DNA of 64,000 nucleotides from Hemiscyllium ocellatum. Lineage: Eukaryota. Numbering within the stretch: the stretch's first letter is position 1; every line of letters begins with the position of its first letter. This document shows positions 35,600-50,593 of the stretch, piece by piece. A model generated the notes under the pieces. It did no database searches. It saw nothing but the letters and a program-made list of their open reading frames with translations, and was not told where the DNA came from. The stretch spans positions 26,721,231 to 26,785,230 of the forward strand of contig NC_083435.1 in the NCBI RefSeq assembly GCF_020745735.1, read 5' to 3'. A program made the position numbers and the translations under genes.

Positions 35600-36840
35600 G
35601 TCATGTAAAGGAAAATAGTGACATAGTGGTGATGTCACTGTGCTTGACATCTCAGGGTAATGATTTGGGGACATGGGTTCACATTCCCTTGTGGCAGATA
35701 GTGAAGTGTGAATTCAGTAAAATACTGGAATTAAAAGTTGGTCTATTGCTGATGATATCAATATGGTTAGTTTCAATCTCACTCACTGATGAAACCTTCT
35801 AGTCTTTCCTGGTCTGGGTCTACATATGACTTCAGGTGCACAGTAACTGTCTGATGGACAATAGATGTTGACCAAGCCAATGATATCCAGTCTCCATCAA
35901 TAAAATGGAATATTTTGAGTGGAAATGTGCTTCCTGCCAAGCATGATTTCAGGATCCATTGAGGCAAAGGAATGCCCAGGAAAGGAATAAGGGGGAAAGT
36001 GAGGAGCTGATGCTTCCTGATGAAGAATTTATGCTTGGAACGTCAACTCTTCTGCACCTTGGATGCTACCTGATGGGCTGTGTTTTCCAGCACCACACTT
36101 TTTGACAGCAGAAAAATGAGCCCTGACAACATCCTGGTAGTAATGCTGAAGTCTTGGGCTCCAGACATTGTTGTGTTCCTCATCAAGCTGATCAGTACGG
36201 CTATTCCAACCACAGTACTGAACTGCTGAAGTTCCTCAGAGTAGTGTTGTAATGTCCCAGCATTTTCAGCTGCTTAATCAAGGGCATTCCCCTCATCATA
36301 AAGTCCAAACTAGGGGTACTTGTTGATGGATCTTCAGACCTCAGACATTCACATATTCCATGCATTTAGACAGCTAGAGATGGTACTGCAAGAAGCTCTG
36401 GGCTGGCAGGTGGGAAGTTACATTCATGTCGAACATGTACCAGACAAAGCCCATCTTCAACAAGGCAGAATCTCAACATATTTCATTCACCTCACCATCT
36501 TACATTCACAGGAATTGCTATTTCTGAATATTTCACTGCCAGTATTAAGGGAGGACCAGAAACTAAACAAAACCAGCCACTGTGGCTTTAAGAGTAGTTC
36601 AGAGGGTGGGAATTCTGCAGTGAGTAACTCACCTCCTGGCTCACCAAGGTCTGTCCATCATCAACAAGATGTTGTATGATGGAACGTTGTCACTGCTCAC
36701 CATGTTCTATGAGGACAATGGACTCTTGGTCAGTAGAATCTGGATTTGCTGCCTCAATTCTCCTTTTCAGTCAGGATCTACAAGGCCTCGTCTGTTGACT
36801 GTGGTGACTATGAATCATCTCACTGACCTCCTGGCAGCTG
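35600..36840 (+). mobile_element. Old LINE remnant in the upstream flank of the orphan unit
   Basis: Paralogous to 15395-16600 and 31430-32640. Confidence 0.65.
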
Positions 36841-38379
36841 GGGAAGAAGTCAAGTGGCAAGCTGAACTCCACAGTAACAGGATTTGAGTACAGGAGCAGG
36901 GATTGTTGCAATTGTGTGGGGCCTTGGTGAGACTACACCTGCAGTATTGTGTGCAGTGAAGGTCTCCTGATCTGCAGAAGGATGTTCTAGCTCTGGCGGG
37001 TGTTGTGTAAATTACCACAAGCTACATGTAATGCTGCTACTTATTGAGAAATCTCACAATACTGAAACAATTATTTAAATTTTATTGACTATAGCTACCA
37101 AAATAAGACACCGCAACTAAGCAAGTTACATCTCACAACACAAGTTTACTGTTACCTAATTAATAGTGGAATTTAGCTACAATTCCAATCAACGGTTTCT
37201 ATCTCTCAATGTGTCCAGGGTTCAATCCTAGTGCATGTTATTCTCCAGAATTCTGCTGCCAAGGAATTCTGGAAATGAATTCTTATATAACTTTCCATCC
37301 ATCAATTTTGTGGTGTGACATTTGTGATGATCCTTTGATTCTTTCATTCCCAGTATTGCATGTCTGCAGACTGCCTTCTTTTCAGAAGTTGCTTCCCTGT
37401 TCCTTTGCTACATTTGGCATTGACTGTGTGTCACCCTGCCTACCTATAATAGGCCCACACAGAACATAGGAAAGTAAACTTGACCAAACTATACCAAAAC
37501 ACTCAGAATGCCATAGCAGGGATCAAGCAGGCTGTCAAGTGAAACCAGACAGCACTCGCAGACAAGGGAGTAGACTTCCTAAAACCCACTAACAATACGA
37601 GATCAACCACAGCTGTCCCAAAGCTCCGAGGTATCAAATCTACACAAAAGAAAGGTCAGACAGCGAGGCACCAAAGGACCCTGCTCCCAGGACAGGAACA
37701 ATGGAAGCACCTTACTTACCTAGAAGACTGGAATCTCCTGACCCATTAATACTGTCAGGATGTTGTAGTGTATTGAGAATCAGGGCATTCATCTGATAAC
37801 TGTTTTCCAATTAGCATCATTGTAACTAGATCGCTCCATTCTCAGATGCATTTTATCTTTCCCCATTTCTAATTAACCTTTTGGTACAAGATTATTCTAA
37901 AATCTGGTTTTTTCCTCAGCTGGAGAAGAGAACCCTTGATCTAACCGCACAAACTGTCAGCTCTGTGTCAGCCTATTCTGTGTCAGTCAATTTCTCTTCT
38001 AGCCATGTGGCTTGTAATAAACAGCTTGTCAATTTCACCCCATCTGGTTTGTGTGGTCTCTGCTTTATTGGGCTAAATTCTCCAACACTGTGTTTGAAGA
38101 CACAGCTTTCCCAAAGTTAACTCCTTAAGTTCTTCTGCAGGGCAGTAAGTTGTCCTTGTGGCATAAGGCAGCCATTTATCAAGCAGTTGTTAAAACAGTT
38201 TTGTTCATATATCTTTGACTCCTTTACCCAGTCATGGCTAATTTTGCTGTCAATTCCCACATAACTATTGATCCTTGTCCCTTAATACTTTATTGTGGAC
38301 GGAATTGTTGCTGCCTCTTTCAATCTATGCACAGTTATTAAATGTCTGAACTTTAAACTATGACAAGGGAGAACAACAA

Positions 38380-38730
38380 AAGTTCATTAGACTGATGCAG
38401 GAAAGATAGTTCCAAAGACTGAGGTGTCCAAAATCTCACGTTCTAAGGATACAGGATAGGTCTTTTACAACTGGGAGGAGGAGACGTTTCTTCATTCAGA
38501 GAGTGGTGAGCCTGTGGAGTTCTCTGCCACTAAAAGAGGTGGAAGTCAAAGCATTGAATGTTTTCAACAAGAAGCTAAATATTTTTCTTAAGGCTGGAGT
38601 AATCAAAGCGTAAGGAGCGAAAGCAGGAACAACAGAGTTGGATGACAAGCCATGATCACACTGGTTAGTAGAGTAGGCTTGAAGGGTTAGATGACAATTC
38701 CCGCTCCTGTTTTCTATGTTTCCATGGCTT
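38380..38730 (+). mobile_element. CR1 LINE 3' end fragment
   Basis: FSQRVVSLWSSLP..VEVKALNVF pattern and tail. Confidence 0.75.
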
Positions 38731-38865
38731 CTAATGACATCACCACATTGAGTCAAGCTGAATGCACTTCTCAGCAATAACACTTTTAGATCTAAACACT
38801 TTATATGTTGTAGTGCACAAGTCAGAAGTGTGATGAAATACTCCCCATTATCTGGATTGAATTTC

Positions 38866-41800
38866 ATAGAGCATAGAACATAGAAATGTACAGCACAGAA
38901 CAGACCAATCAGCCCACGATGTTGTGCCAAGAATTATTCCTAATCTAAAATAAAAATAACCGAACCTACGCACCCCTCAATTTACTGCTGTCCATGTGCA
39001 TGTCCAGCAGTCGCTTAAATGTCCCTAATGACTCTTCTCCCACTGGCAACGTATTCCATGCATTCACAGCTCTCTGCATAAAGAGCCTACCTCTGACATC
39101 TTCTCTATACCATCCTCCTAATATCTTAAAACTATAAACCCTCGTGCCAGTCAATCCTGCCCTGGGGAAAAGTCGCTGGCTATTGATTTTATCCATTCCT
39201 CTCATTACCTTGTATACCTTGATCAGTCACTTCTCTTCCTCCTTCTCTCAGAGAGAAAAGTCTGAGCTTAGTCAACCTCCCTCCGTAAGACAAGCCCTCC
39301 AGTCCGGCAGCATCCTGGTAAACCTTCTTTGCACCCTCACCAAAGCCTCTGTATCTTTCCTATAATAGGGTGACCAGAACTGGACAGAGTATGCCAAGTG
39401 TGGTCTCACTGGGTCTTGTAGAACTGCAGCAAACCCTCGCGGCTCTTAAACCTGATCACCCTGTTAATGAAAGCCAAAACACCATATGCTTTCTGAACAA
39501 CTCTATCCACTTGGGTGGTAACTTTGAAGGATCTATGTACTTGCACATCCAGATCCCTCTGTTCCTCCACACTGCCAACAATCCTGTCTTTAATCTTATA
39601 TTCAGCATTCAAGTGCAACCTTCCAAAATGCATCACTTTTCATTTATCCAGGTTGAACTCCATCTGCCATTTCTCAGCCCAGCTCTGCATCTTGTCTATG
39701 TCGTACTGCAGTCTGCAATAGCTCTCGATACGATCAACGGCACCTCCAATCTTTGTATCATTGGAAAATTTACTAACCTACCCATCAATCTCCTCATCCA
39801 AGTCTTTTATAAAAACTACAAAGAGCAGAGGCCCAAGAACAGAGCCATGCAAGATACCACTCACCACTGACCTCCAGGCTGAATAGTTTCCATCTACAAC
39901 CAATCTCTGCCCTCTGTCAGCCAGCCAATTTTGAATTCAGACAGCCAAATCCTGTATCCCATTCCTCATGACTTTATGAATGAGCCTACCATGGGGAACC
40001 TTTTCAAATGCCTTGCTGAAATCCATATACACCACATCCACTGCTCAACCTTCATCGACCTTTCTCGTCATCTCATCAAAGAATTCAATAAGGTTTGTGA
40101 GGCATGACCTGCCCCTCACTAAGCCATGCTGACTGCCTTTAATCACACCATGCATTTCCAAATAGTCATAAATCCTATCCCTCAGAATTCTTTCCAGAAC
40201 CTTGCTGATCACAGATGTAAGACTGACGGGTCTGTAATTGCCAGGGATTTCCCTGTTCCTCTGCTTGAATAGAGGAACAACATTCACCTCCCTCTAATCC
40301 TCTGGTATGACTCCCATGGAAAGTGAGGAAATAAAGTGGCATAGCAACCTCCTTTCTTGCTTCCTGGAGCAACCTAAGTCTGGTCTATCATTCTTAACGT
40401 TGACCAAAATTTCCAGCACATCAACTTCATCAATCTTGATCTGTTCAAACCTGTTTCCCAGCTCATCAAAGTTCTCATTCACAACAAGGTCCCTTTCCTT
40501 AGTGAAACCAAAGCAAAAAACTCACTCAGGACTTCATCTATCTGCTCAGACCCTACGCATAAGTTCCCTACACTATCCCTGGCCAGCCCTTCCTTCTCCA
40601 TGATCAAACTCTTATTCCTCATGTATGAGTAAAATGCCTTTGGGCTCTTCCTAATCCTTTCTGCCAAGCCTTTTTCGTGCACCTTCTTGGCTCTCCTCAA
40701 TCCATTTCTGAGCTTTCTCATAAGCCTGTAATCCTCTAAAGCTGTGCTCGATCCTTGCTTCCTCCACTTTATGTAAGCTGCCTTCTTCCGCTTCTGTTCT
40801 CGTCATCCAAGGCTCCTTAACCTTACCCTTTCTTGCCTGCCCCAGAAAATAAATTTGTGCATCACTATCAACAACCACTCCTTAACCAGTCTCCACATGT
40901 CTGTTGTACCATTTCTGTGGAACAATTGCACCCAATCTGTACTTTCCAACTCCTGTCTGGTAGCGTCATAATTTCCTTTTCCCCAGTTAAATATATTCCC
41001 TTGGTAACTGCTCCTTTCCCTCTCCAAGGCTGTGGTAAATGTGAGGCAGTTGTGGTCACTGTCACCAAAGTGTTCTCCCCCCACGAGATCTGACACCTGT
41101 CCTGGCTCATTGCTGAGCACCAAATCCAAAATGGCCTCTCCCCTCGTCGGCCCTGTCTACATACTGAGTATGGAAACCCACCTGAACATACCTGACAAAA
41201 ACGGCTCCATCCAAACCATCTGCACTAAGGAGGTTCCAGTCGATATTGGGAAAGTTGAAGTCACCCATAGCAACAACCCTGCCACCTCTGCATTGTTCTA
41301 AACTCTGCTGGCCTATGTGTTCTCCCTACTGCTATTAGGGAGTCTGTAGAAAACCTCCAATGAGTTGGCTGCACCCTTGCTGTTCCTAACTTCCACCTAT
41401 ACTGACTCAGTAGACAAACCTTCCTCAATAACCTGCATTTCTGTAGCTGTGATGCACCCTCTGATTAGCAATGCTGCACCCCTCCTCTTTTTCTACCTTC
41501 CCTGTTCTTTTTAAACGTTCTAAACCCTGGAACAGCTAGCAACCATTTCTACCCCTGTGAAATCCACATCTCCATTATGGCCACACCATCATAGTCCCAA
41601 GTACTGATCCATGCTCTAAGTTCACCACTCTTATTTCTGACACTCCTTGTGTTAAAGCAGACACACTTTAACCGATCCCTTTGTTTTATCGTGTGAAAAA
41701 CCTTCCTGATAGATTCACTCCATCATGTCACTGTCCTATCTACAACTATCCCCCCCTCAGATATGTAGCTCTGGTTCCCAAAGTAGTTTAAACCGTCCCA

Positions 41801-42300
41801 ACCACTCAAACAAATCTCCCACCCAGGAAATTTGTGCCCTTCCAGTTCAGGTGCAACCTGTCCTTCTTGAACAGGTCCCACCTTCCCCTGAAGGCAAAGG
41901 TCTAAATACCTTAACATGTGGCTGCTTTGCACCAAACTCGCAGCCACATGTTAAGCTGAACTCGCTGACTGTTCCTCACCTCACTCTCTCTTGGCACCTG
42001 TAGCAAACCTGAGATCACTACTTTATTCATCCTGCTCTTCAGCTTCCAACCTAGCTCTCTGTAGTCGCTTTTCAGATCTTCAAACCCTTTCCTGGCTATA
42101 TCATTGGTGCCAATACACTGTACCACGATTTCTGGCTGCTCACCCTCCCTCTTCAGAATCCTGTAAACCCAATCGGCAGCATCCCGGATCCTGGCACCAG
42201 AGAAGCAACATACCTTCCGGGGATCCTGTTCCTAACTGGGACTGCCGTTTCACAGTATAGCAATGCATTGTACTGCTGACTGATGATTTCCCCGTGCTCC
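38866..42300 (-). mobile_element. Long decayed CR1 LINE (SGNH-esterase ORF1 and ORF2)
   Basis: ORF1 IGTNDI..ELGWKLKSR..VVISGLL; ORF2 LDLVLSNEPGQV, VPLFKQ..PGNYRPVSLTS, QHGLVRGRSCLTNLIEFF; tail repeat at about 38866-38890; many stops. Confidence 0.93.
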
Positions 42301-43959
42301 TGTGGTGAAAATGGAGGATTCCCATTTTCTATTGTCAAATGGAGAATTTGCAGCTTCTTTGTCTATGGTTGGGTTATGCGGTCTACTACAGCTTAATAAA
42401 CGTTTTGCATTCTCTTTACCATCCTTACTGATTAAAACTGCTGCCTGTGATTTTAAGACTGAGGGTCAGGTTTCCCTTGAGGAATTATGGCAATGCATCT
42501 TGTATATGATACAGTTTCCACTGGGTACCAGTGGTGAAAGGAGTGAACGTTGAAGATTGTGAATTGGGTGCTAGTTAAGTGGACTGCTTACTCCTGGATG
42601 GTGTCAACATTCTTGAGTGATGAATATTATAGAAACTGCATTCACCCAAGCAAGTATTCCATCTCACTTGTACCTTGAAAACAGTGGACAAGCCTAAGGG
42701 AGACAAAAGGTGAGTTTTGTTTCCATAGAATTCCTAGCCTCTCACCTATTCTTGTAGCTATGGAATTTATATGGCTGGTTCAGATCAGCTTCTGGTCAAT
42801 GGTTACTCCCAGGATATTCAAAATGGTGATATTCACACTGTATGACTTATACACAGACAAATATAACAAAGTTCATATATATAAATTTATATTCTATGCA
42901 ACAAGTCCTCTTCAATTATAAATTTAAATATAACATTACTTCTTTATTAAAAGAAAACGAAAGAACCGTAGATGCTGGAAATAAGAAGCAGAAACAGAAA
43001 TTGCTAGACAAGCTAGCAGATCTGGAAGTATCTGTGGATGGGATCAGAATTAATGTTTTGGGTCCAGGAAAGGTCACTTGTCCCAAAATGTTAACTTTGA
43101 TTTCTCTCCACAGATAATGATTTTATTAACTAGTTAGATTTTATTTTGGTAATTATAGGACCATTCCTGTTCAATTTTCCATCTGAAGTGAAAAGAGCTC
43201 CTTTTATAAAAGTTGTAATTGTTCAATGCAATAATTGAGAACCGGGAAATCACTGATCCACGGTCATGCTGGTCAAATATTTCCCTCGTTTAGAGGCTGG
43301 CATTTTATGAGGTGACATGATATGATTGTGAAAGATTTTCTATCTTCTTGTGCTTTTCAGAATGGTTTTAAAAATGCACAGTGAGTATTTTCATTTGGAG
43401 CTCTTTCTCAGATTACTGTGAAGTGGTTTTGCTTCAACTCAGCTTTGTGAGTTCTTTCTAACTTTATTTTTTGACAAACAAAATGATACTTTCAGGTTGT
43501 AGGTAAATAACTCCAATCATTTCATTTTTCTGCATTACAGGGAAATGACTCCAATCAATTTGCACTTATGCAATATGGAGATGTGTCTTTGTCCTGTTTC
43601 ATTCCACAATCCTGTGATTCCTGGTGTCATTTGGTTGATGTAAGTTTGGTAATAAATATTCATTCGTATTGATCCACCTTGTGGTTCATTCAAATGTCAC
43701 AACATCAGTCCATTTTACATTATTTCAGTCTGTCTCACCATTATCATCTTCATTGCCTTCATGTGAATCCCCCTGTAGAATGTGATATGGCATTTTATAA
43801 ATATTTTTTCTGTTATTTTAGAATTTTTTTTGTCATGCTGTTTTTCAAACAGCTGTGCATGTCTGGAATCCATTCTTTAGTGCTGTTCTGCAGATTAATT
43901 ACTGCACATTTGACATTAACACACTCACACAATACTCCAATATCACACACACTCACTTT

Positions 43960-44066
43960 AAAATAATGGGTCTGAGTGGGTTACTCTTCAGAGGGTCGGT
44001 TTGGACTTGTTGGGCAGAAGGGCCTGTTTCCACACTATAGGGAATCTAATCTAATCTAATCTAATC
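43960..44066 (+). mobile_element. 3' fragment of HE1 SINE/CR1 tail with (TCTAA)n
   Basis: GGTCGGTTTGGACTTGTTGGG..GGGAATCTAATCTAATCTAATCTAATCT. Confidence 0.8.
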
Positions 44067-44089
44067 TCATCAAAAGTTCAATGTGGGTT

Positions 44090-44790
44090 AATGTTTGAAG
44101 ATTTTCATTTATCCTCCATTGTGAGATGCTGATGTCTCAAATGTTGTCTCGACAATCACATTGAGTTTGCTTCAATATTCATAAACAAGGACATAAATAT
44201 CTACAAAACAAACCTAATCAACTTGCTAGCCTCACTTGTAGTTGTCTTTCACCAGAACAGACACCAATGTCAACTTGATATTTTGCATCAAACTACATCA
44301 GAATGGAATAATTCTAATTCCCATCTGACTGTGCTTTTCCCTGAAACTCTATCTTTTTCTGTTAATCACTTCCTCATACTCAGAGCCATTTCTTGACTTC
44401 AAATTGCTGAAGACTAACATCTGTAATGCTGGGATTTGCAGATTTAAGCCAGGATGGTTCATCCACTCGGTACGCTGGCTAAAGGTAATTGCTTGCAAGT
44501 GCTGGTTTGCTTTAATATACTGAGTTTCTGCATCATTGAGGTTAGGAATATTTGTGGAGCCTCCTCTTCCAATTAGTTGTACAAGTGGCCACCAGCATCC
44601 ACGACTGGACGTCACAGGATTGTATACATAGGTTTCTGATCATGTCCCACTCTAAAATGGCAGGATTTCTGTCATCCCTACTGCTCCAAGTGAACAGATT
44701 GACTCACCTCTCCATGGATAGTTTCAGAGTGTTTCTGGGAGTTTCAAGTATATATTTTGACATTAGCTGAATCCCAAGACACTACACGTA
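44090..44790 (-). mobile_element. Degenerate LINE fragments (second family)
   Basis: GRGGSTNIPNLND motif; similar to 58700-58900 in reverse. Confidence 0.6.
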
Positions 44791-44949
44791 TCTCCCACCT
44801 TCCGTCCTCCTCTAACCAAAACAAAGGACTCTTGTGTGTTGCTAAGGTAAGGTATTTCAAGTGATATTTCTTGTGTATCGTGTGATTGAGTAAAAGTTTA
44901 CTATTAGTTGGATAATTGAATAAGATGATACAGAAGTATAGAAATTATT

Positions 44950-47900
44950 TAATTCATAAATTTGTATAAACTAATTAAATAAGTAGAGGTGACTGGACAG
45001 GTGATGTGCTGTAGCTGTATGATGTGGGAGCTGGCTGATCCAATTGTAAACAGCAGTGACCACATCTGCAGCAAGCATTGGTTGCTGAAATAAACTCCGG
45101 ATAAGAATTGATGATCTGGAATCTGATCTTCAAACTGCAGCACATTCGGAAAGGGGAATAGTTACCTGGACACTTTGTTTCAGGAGGCAGTCGCACCAAA
45201 CAAATTCAGTTAGTGATCAGGAACAACAGAGTGTGACTGTAAGTGAGGCAGGTAGGGGGATCCCGAGTTCAGGAGTGGACAAACCTCAGCCCTTAACCTT
45301 GTCCAACAGATATGAGATTTTTGCTCCCTGTATGGATGAGGAAAAGGGCTGTGGATAGGATGTGCCAGCTAACCATGGCACCATGGTGCCGAAGGCCATC
45401 TAAGAGGGGGGAGCAAAAAGCCAATAGTTGTTATGGGGGATAGTATCCTTTGCGAGCCAGATCGTGTGTCCTGCATGGTGTGTTGCCTGCCCGGTGCCAG
45501 GGTGCAGGACATCTCCGACCAGGTCGAAACGATATTGGAGTGGGAGGGAGAGGATCTAGTTGTTGTGGTCTACATTGGCACAAACAACGTAGGCAAGGCT
45601 TGGAAGGAGGGCCAGTTTGGGAGGTATCAAGCATTAGGAAGGAAATTGAAGAACAGGTCCTTGAGAGTCACAGTCTCTGGATTACTGCCCGAACTGTCTG
45701 CTAATTGGCAGAGGGATAAGAAAATTAGGGAAGTGAACATGTGACTAATAGACTGGTGTGGGAAAGAGAGATTTCATTTCATGGGACATTGGCATCAGTT
45801 TTGGAACCGGGGAGACTTGTACCAATGGGACAGTCTCCACCTGAACCGATCTGGAATCAGTGTTCTGGTGAAAACGATAAATTTGGTGGTCACTAGGACT
45901 TCAAACTTGCGAGTTGGGGAAAAAGGGAAAAGGAAAGCAACAGGGAGTATGGAGTCAAGTAGAAAGATAAGCAGCAGGTTAGCATGTGTGCGGGCTTTAA
46001 ATTCGAGGCAGACTAGGAATGGTGCAAAAAGGAAGGATAATTTAGGATATACTACTAGAGGTGATGGAAATCATGAGGATAAGACAATTAGCATTAAGGT
46101 GCTTTACCTGAATGCTCATAGTATTCGTAACAAAGTAGATGAATTAACAGCACAAATCATCGTGAATGATTATGAGGTGGTAGGCATCACAGAGATGTGG
46201 TTGCAGGGGGTTCAGCATTGGCAGTCTGTGGGTGGAGGAACCACAAAGGCAAAAAAAAAATGGGAGTTATGCAAGTCCTCCCAGCAGTGGTCAGGACCAG
46301 GAGCACAAGATGTACCAGGAAATAGATAGGGCATGTCAGAAAGGCAAGGTCGTGGTGATCATGGTATGCAAATTGACTGGCTGAATAATGTTGCCGGTAG
46401 ATCCAAAAGAAGGGAATTCGTGGAATGCTTACAGGACGGATTTTTGGAACATTTTGTGATGGAGCCCATAAGGGAGCAGGCTATTCTGGACTTAGTGTTA
46501 TGTAATGAGTTAGACTTTATAAAAGATCTTAAAGTAAGGGAACACTGAGGAGGCAGTGATCATGATATGGTAGTGTTCACTCTGCAGTTTGAAAGAGAGC
46601 AGGCAAACTCGGATGTAATGGTGTTACAATTAAATAAACGTAATTACAAGGGCATGAGAGAGGAACTGATGAAAATTGACTGGAAGCAGAGCCTAGTGGG
46701 GAAGACAGTAGAGCAACAGTGGCAGGAGTTTCTGGGTGTAATTGAGGATACAGTACAGAGGTTCATCCCAAAGAAATGAAAGATTATCTATTGTGGGGGT
46801 GGGGGTGAAATCAGACAGCCATGGAAGTCAGGAAATGTATCATTGAAAAAGAGAGAGCCTATAAAGTTACTAAGAGCATTGGGAAATCGGAAGATTAGGA
46901 AGACTACAAAAACAAACAGAGGATAACAAAGCGAGAAATAAGGAAGAAGATGATCAAATATGAAGGTAAGCTAGCCAGTAATATTAGAAATGATAGTAGA
47001 AGTTTCTTTCAATACATAAAAAACAAATGAAAGGCAAAAGTAGAAATTGGGCTGCTCCAAATTGATGCAGGAAGGCTTGTGATGGGCGATAATGGAAGAT
47101 AAAACTTAATAAATACTTTGTACCAGTCTTCACAGTGGAAGACATGAGTAATATCCCAACAATTAAGGAGAGTCAAGGGGCAGAGTTGAGTATGGTAGCC
47201 AATACAAAAGAGAAAGTGCTAGAAAATCTAAAAGTTCTAAAAATTGATCAAGTTCCTGGCCCTGATGGGCTACATCCAAGAGTTCTGAGGGAGTGGCTGA
47301 AGAAATAGTGGAGGCATTGGTTGTAATCTTTCAAAAATCACTGGAGTCAGAAAAAGTCCCAAATGATTGGAAAATTGCTGTTGTAACTCCCTTGTTCAAA
47401 AAAGGATCAAGACAAAAGATGGAAAATTATAGGCTGATTAGCCTAACCTTGTTTGTAGGTAAAATTCTACATTCCATCATTAAGGATGCGATTACTAAAT
47501 TCTTGCAAGTGCAGGGTCAGATTAGAATAAGTCAGCATGAATTTAGTAAGGGGAGGTCATGTCTGACAAACCTGTTAAAATTCTTTGAAGAGGTAACAAG
47601 TAGGTTAGACCAGGGAAATGCGATGGATGTTATCTACCAAGACTTCCAAAAGGCCTTTGATAAGGTGCCTCACGGGAGGCTGCTGAGTAAGGTGAGGGCC
47701 CATGGTGTTCAGGGTGAGCTAATGGCATAGATTGAGGATTGGCTGTCTGACAGAAGGCAGAGAGTTGGGATAAAAGGTTCTTTTTTGGAATGGCAGCCGG
47801 TGACAAGCGTTGCCCCACAGGGTTCAGTGTTGGTGCCGCAGCTGTTCACTTTATATATTAATGACCTGGATGAAGGGACTGGGGGCATGCTGGCGAAGTT

Positions 47901-49085
47901 CGCTGATGATATGAAGTTAGGCGGAAGTGAGGTAGTTCTGAGGAGGTGGGGAGGCTGCAGAAAGATTTTGACAGTTTAGGAGAGTGGTCCAAGAAATGGC
48001 TGATTAAATTCAATGTGAGCAAATTTAGAAAAAAGAATACAGGGACTATTTTCTAAATGGTGAGAAAATTCCGAAAGCCAAGGTACAAAGGTATCTGGGA
48101 GTGCTAGTCCAAGATTCTGTAAAGGGGTGGCACGGTGGCTCAGTGGTTAGCACCGCTGCCTCATAGCACCAGGGTCCCAGGTTTGATTCCAGCCGCGGGC
48201 TGTGTGGAGTTTGCACATTCTCCCCATGTCTGCATGAGTTTCCTCTCACAGTCTAAAGACATGCAGGTCAGGTGAATTGGTCATGCCAATTTGCCCATAG
48301 TGTTCGGTGCATGAGTCAGAGGGAAATGGGTCTGGGTGGCTTACTCTTCAGAGGGTCGGTGTGGACTGGTTGGGCTGAAGGGCCTGTTTCCATACTGTAG
48401 GGAATCTAATGTAAAGGTTGAGTCTGTGGTGAAGAAAGCAAATTTAATGTTCTCATTTATCTCAAGAGAGTTGAAATGTAAAAGCAGCAATGTGCTACTG
48501 AGACTTTGTAAAGCTCTGGTTAGGCCCCATTTAGAATACTGCGCCCAGTTTTGGGCCCCACACCTCAGGAAGAACATCCTGGCACTGGAGCATGTCCATC
48601 AGAGATTTACACAGACGATCCCTGAAATGGTAGGCCTAACATATGATGAACAGCTGAGGATCCTGGGATTGTATTCATGAGAGTTTTGAAGGTTGAGGGG
48701 AGATCTAATAGAAACTGACAAGATAATGCATTGCTTAGAAAGGGTGGATGGTGGAAATTTGTTTCTGTCAGGCAGGGATGCTAGGACTCGTTGGCATAGT
48801 CTTAGAATTAGAGGGGGTAAATTTAAAATGGAAATGAGGAGACATTTCTTCAGCCAGAGAGTGGTGGGCCTGTGGAATTCATTTCCACGGAGTTCAGTGG
48901 AGGCCGAGATGTTAAATGTCTTCAAGGCAGAGGTTGATAATTATTTGTGAGATCAGGAATTTAAGGGATGTGGGGAGAGTGCGGGTTAGTGGCGTTGAAC
49001 TGTCCATCGGCCATGATTGAATGGCAAAGTGGACTCGATGAGCTGAATGGTCTTATTTCCACTCCTATGTCTTATAGTCTTGAGA
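44950..49085 (+). mobile_element. Near-full-length decayed CR1 LINE (ORF1 esterase, ORF2 endonuclease-RT with internal deletion)
   Basis: MGDSIL..CLPGARVQD..IGTNN; KVLYLNAHSIRNKVDEL..GITEMWL; DWKIAVVTPLFKKG..DFQKAFDKVPH; PQGSVL..FADD; tail repeat. Confidence 0.95.
48126..48409 (+). mobile_element. HE1-type SINE nested in CR1, 8-bp TSD
   Basis: TSD TGTAAAGG at 48118-48125 and 48410-48417. Confidence 0.93.
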
Positions 49086-49689
49086 TAGATTGGAAATACT
49101 TAAGGAGGTGGAACTGGAGAGGCTCATGAAGGTCACTTTTCATTAACTCTCTGCAATCCAGGTCCTAATCTGGAATGAGGGGCTGGAATGCTACAGGATA
49201 TCATCTTCCAGTTAAGGCTTTTTCGTTTGAATAGAGATGCAAATCTTAAATTTATCTTATCAATAATCATCTATATGTTGACTTGACAAAAGGTTTTCCT
49301 AACATCGAAGTGCTCAATATCTACCATATTTCCTCATCAACTTATCTCTTCACTCTTTGGCAAGCAGTGTTATCCCTTTTGAAATCCATGCTAGCTGCTG
49401 ATTTATTCATATTACATCATCTTAACCCTTTCATCTTTAAGAGACTCAATATGTTCCTCACAATATGATTAGCCTTGAACTAAGGACTGAAGACAAAGAC
49501 AGGAAATAAGAAAATAAATTAATTTGTTGTTGAATTTACAAGGAAGACAAAGTTACTGGAACAATTGTTTTTTATTTGTAAAGAAACAAACAAATATCCA
49601 TCTACAGTAAAACATTATTCCACAAGTTTCATCTGTTCAAATCCTAGACAATCCCTTCATTGGAATTTTGAATACAAATTAATTTAACT

Positions 49690-50060
49690 GTATATAGTGG
49701 AGTCGCAGGTAGAAAGGATAGTGAAAAAGACATTTAGTTTGCTATCCTTTATTGGTCAGATCATTGACTATAGGAATTGGGAGGTTATACTGCAAATGTA
49801 CAGGGCATTGGTTAGGCCACTTTTGGAAAATTGTGTACAATTACGGTCTTCCTCCTATAGGAAGAATGGTGTGAAGTGGTGGAGGCTGGTACTATTACAA
49901 CATTTAAAATTACAGCATCTGGATATGTACATGAATAGGAAGGGTTTAGAGGGATATGGGCCAATTGCTGGCAAATGGGACTAGATTAGGTTAGGATATC
50001 TGGTCAACATGGACGAGTTAGTTCAAAGGGTCTGTTTCCATACTGTACAACTGTGGCTCT
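49690..50060 (+). mobile_element. CR1 3' fragment
   Basis: YRALVRPLLENCVQ motif and CR1 tail. Confidence 0.8.
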
Positions 50061-50593
50061 CAATCGGTCCGATTTTAATTACACAGATTAGTCCGAGACT
50101 CCCAACTAGTGGAAAAGTTTCTATCCACTTACTACATCCATTTCTCTTAATATATTGCAATTCCCCACCAAATCAGTCCTTAAACGTTTACATTTCACAG
50201 AAGACAGTTTATTTAATCTCTCCTCATAATTTGACTCTCAAAGTCCAGGTTTCATTCAAGTCTGTCTACACTGCATTCTCTCCAAGATGGTAAATCCACT
50301 CACAATCTGGTCTTCTGAACTGCTCTAAGTTCTCTGTCAGAATCAGACTCCACTCACTACACAGCATTTCACAAAAACCCAGTAAATCAGAAACCCAGGA
50401 GAACAATGCTAAAATCCAATATGAGTGAGAACTCTTGGAATATCAACTCCCTTGAGGACAAGAGGCCACAGCCAGGGTGAGATGTTTCTGGATGTTTCTA
50501 TAGCTCAAATCTCAAGGCTTGAAGTTATCTCAAGATTCAGACCTGTACAGAGATAGCCATCCCCTGACGGTATGGAAGTTAATTTGGCAGTTA

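Noticed and set aside
44950-49085. Active LINE or independent esterase gene (also 38866-42300)
   Set aside because: The SGNH esterase is the normal CR1 ORF1 domain; both copies have many stops, frameshifts and deletions.
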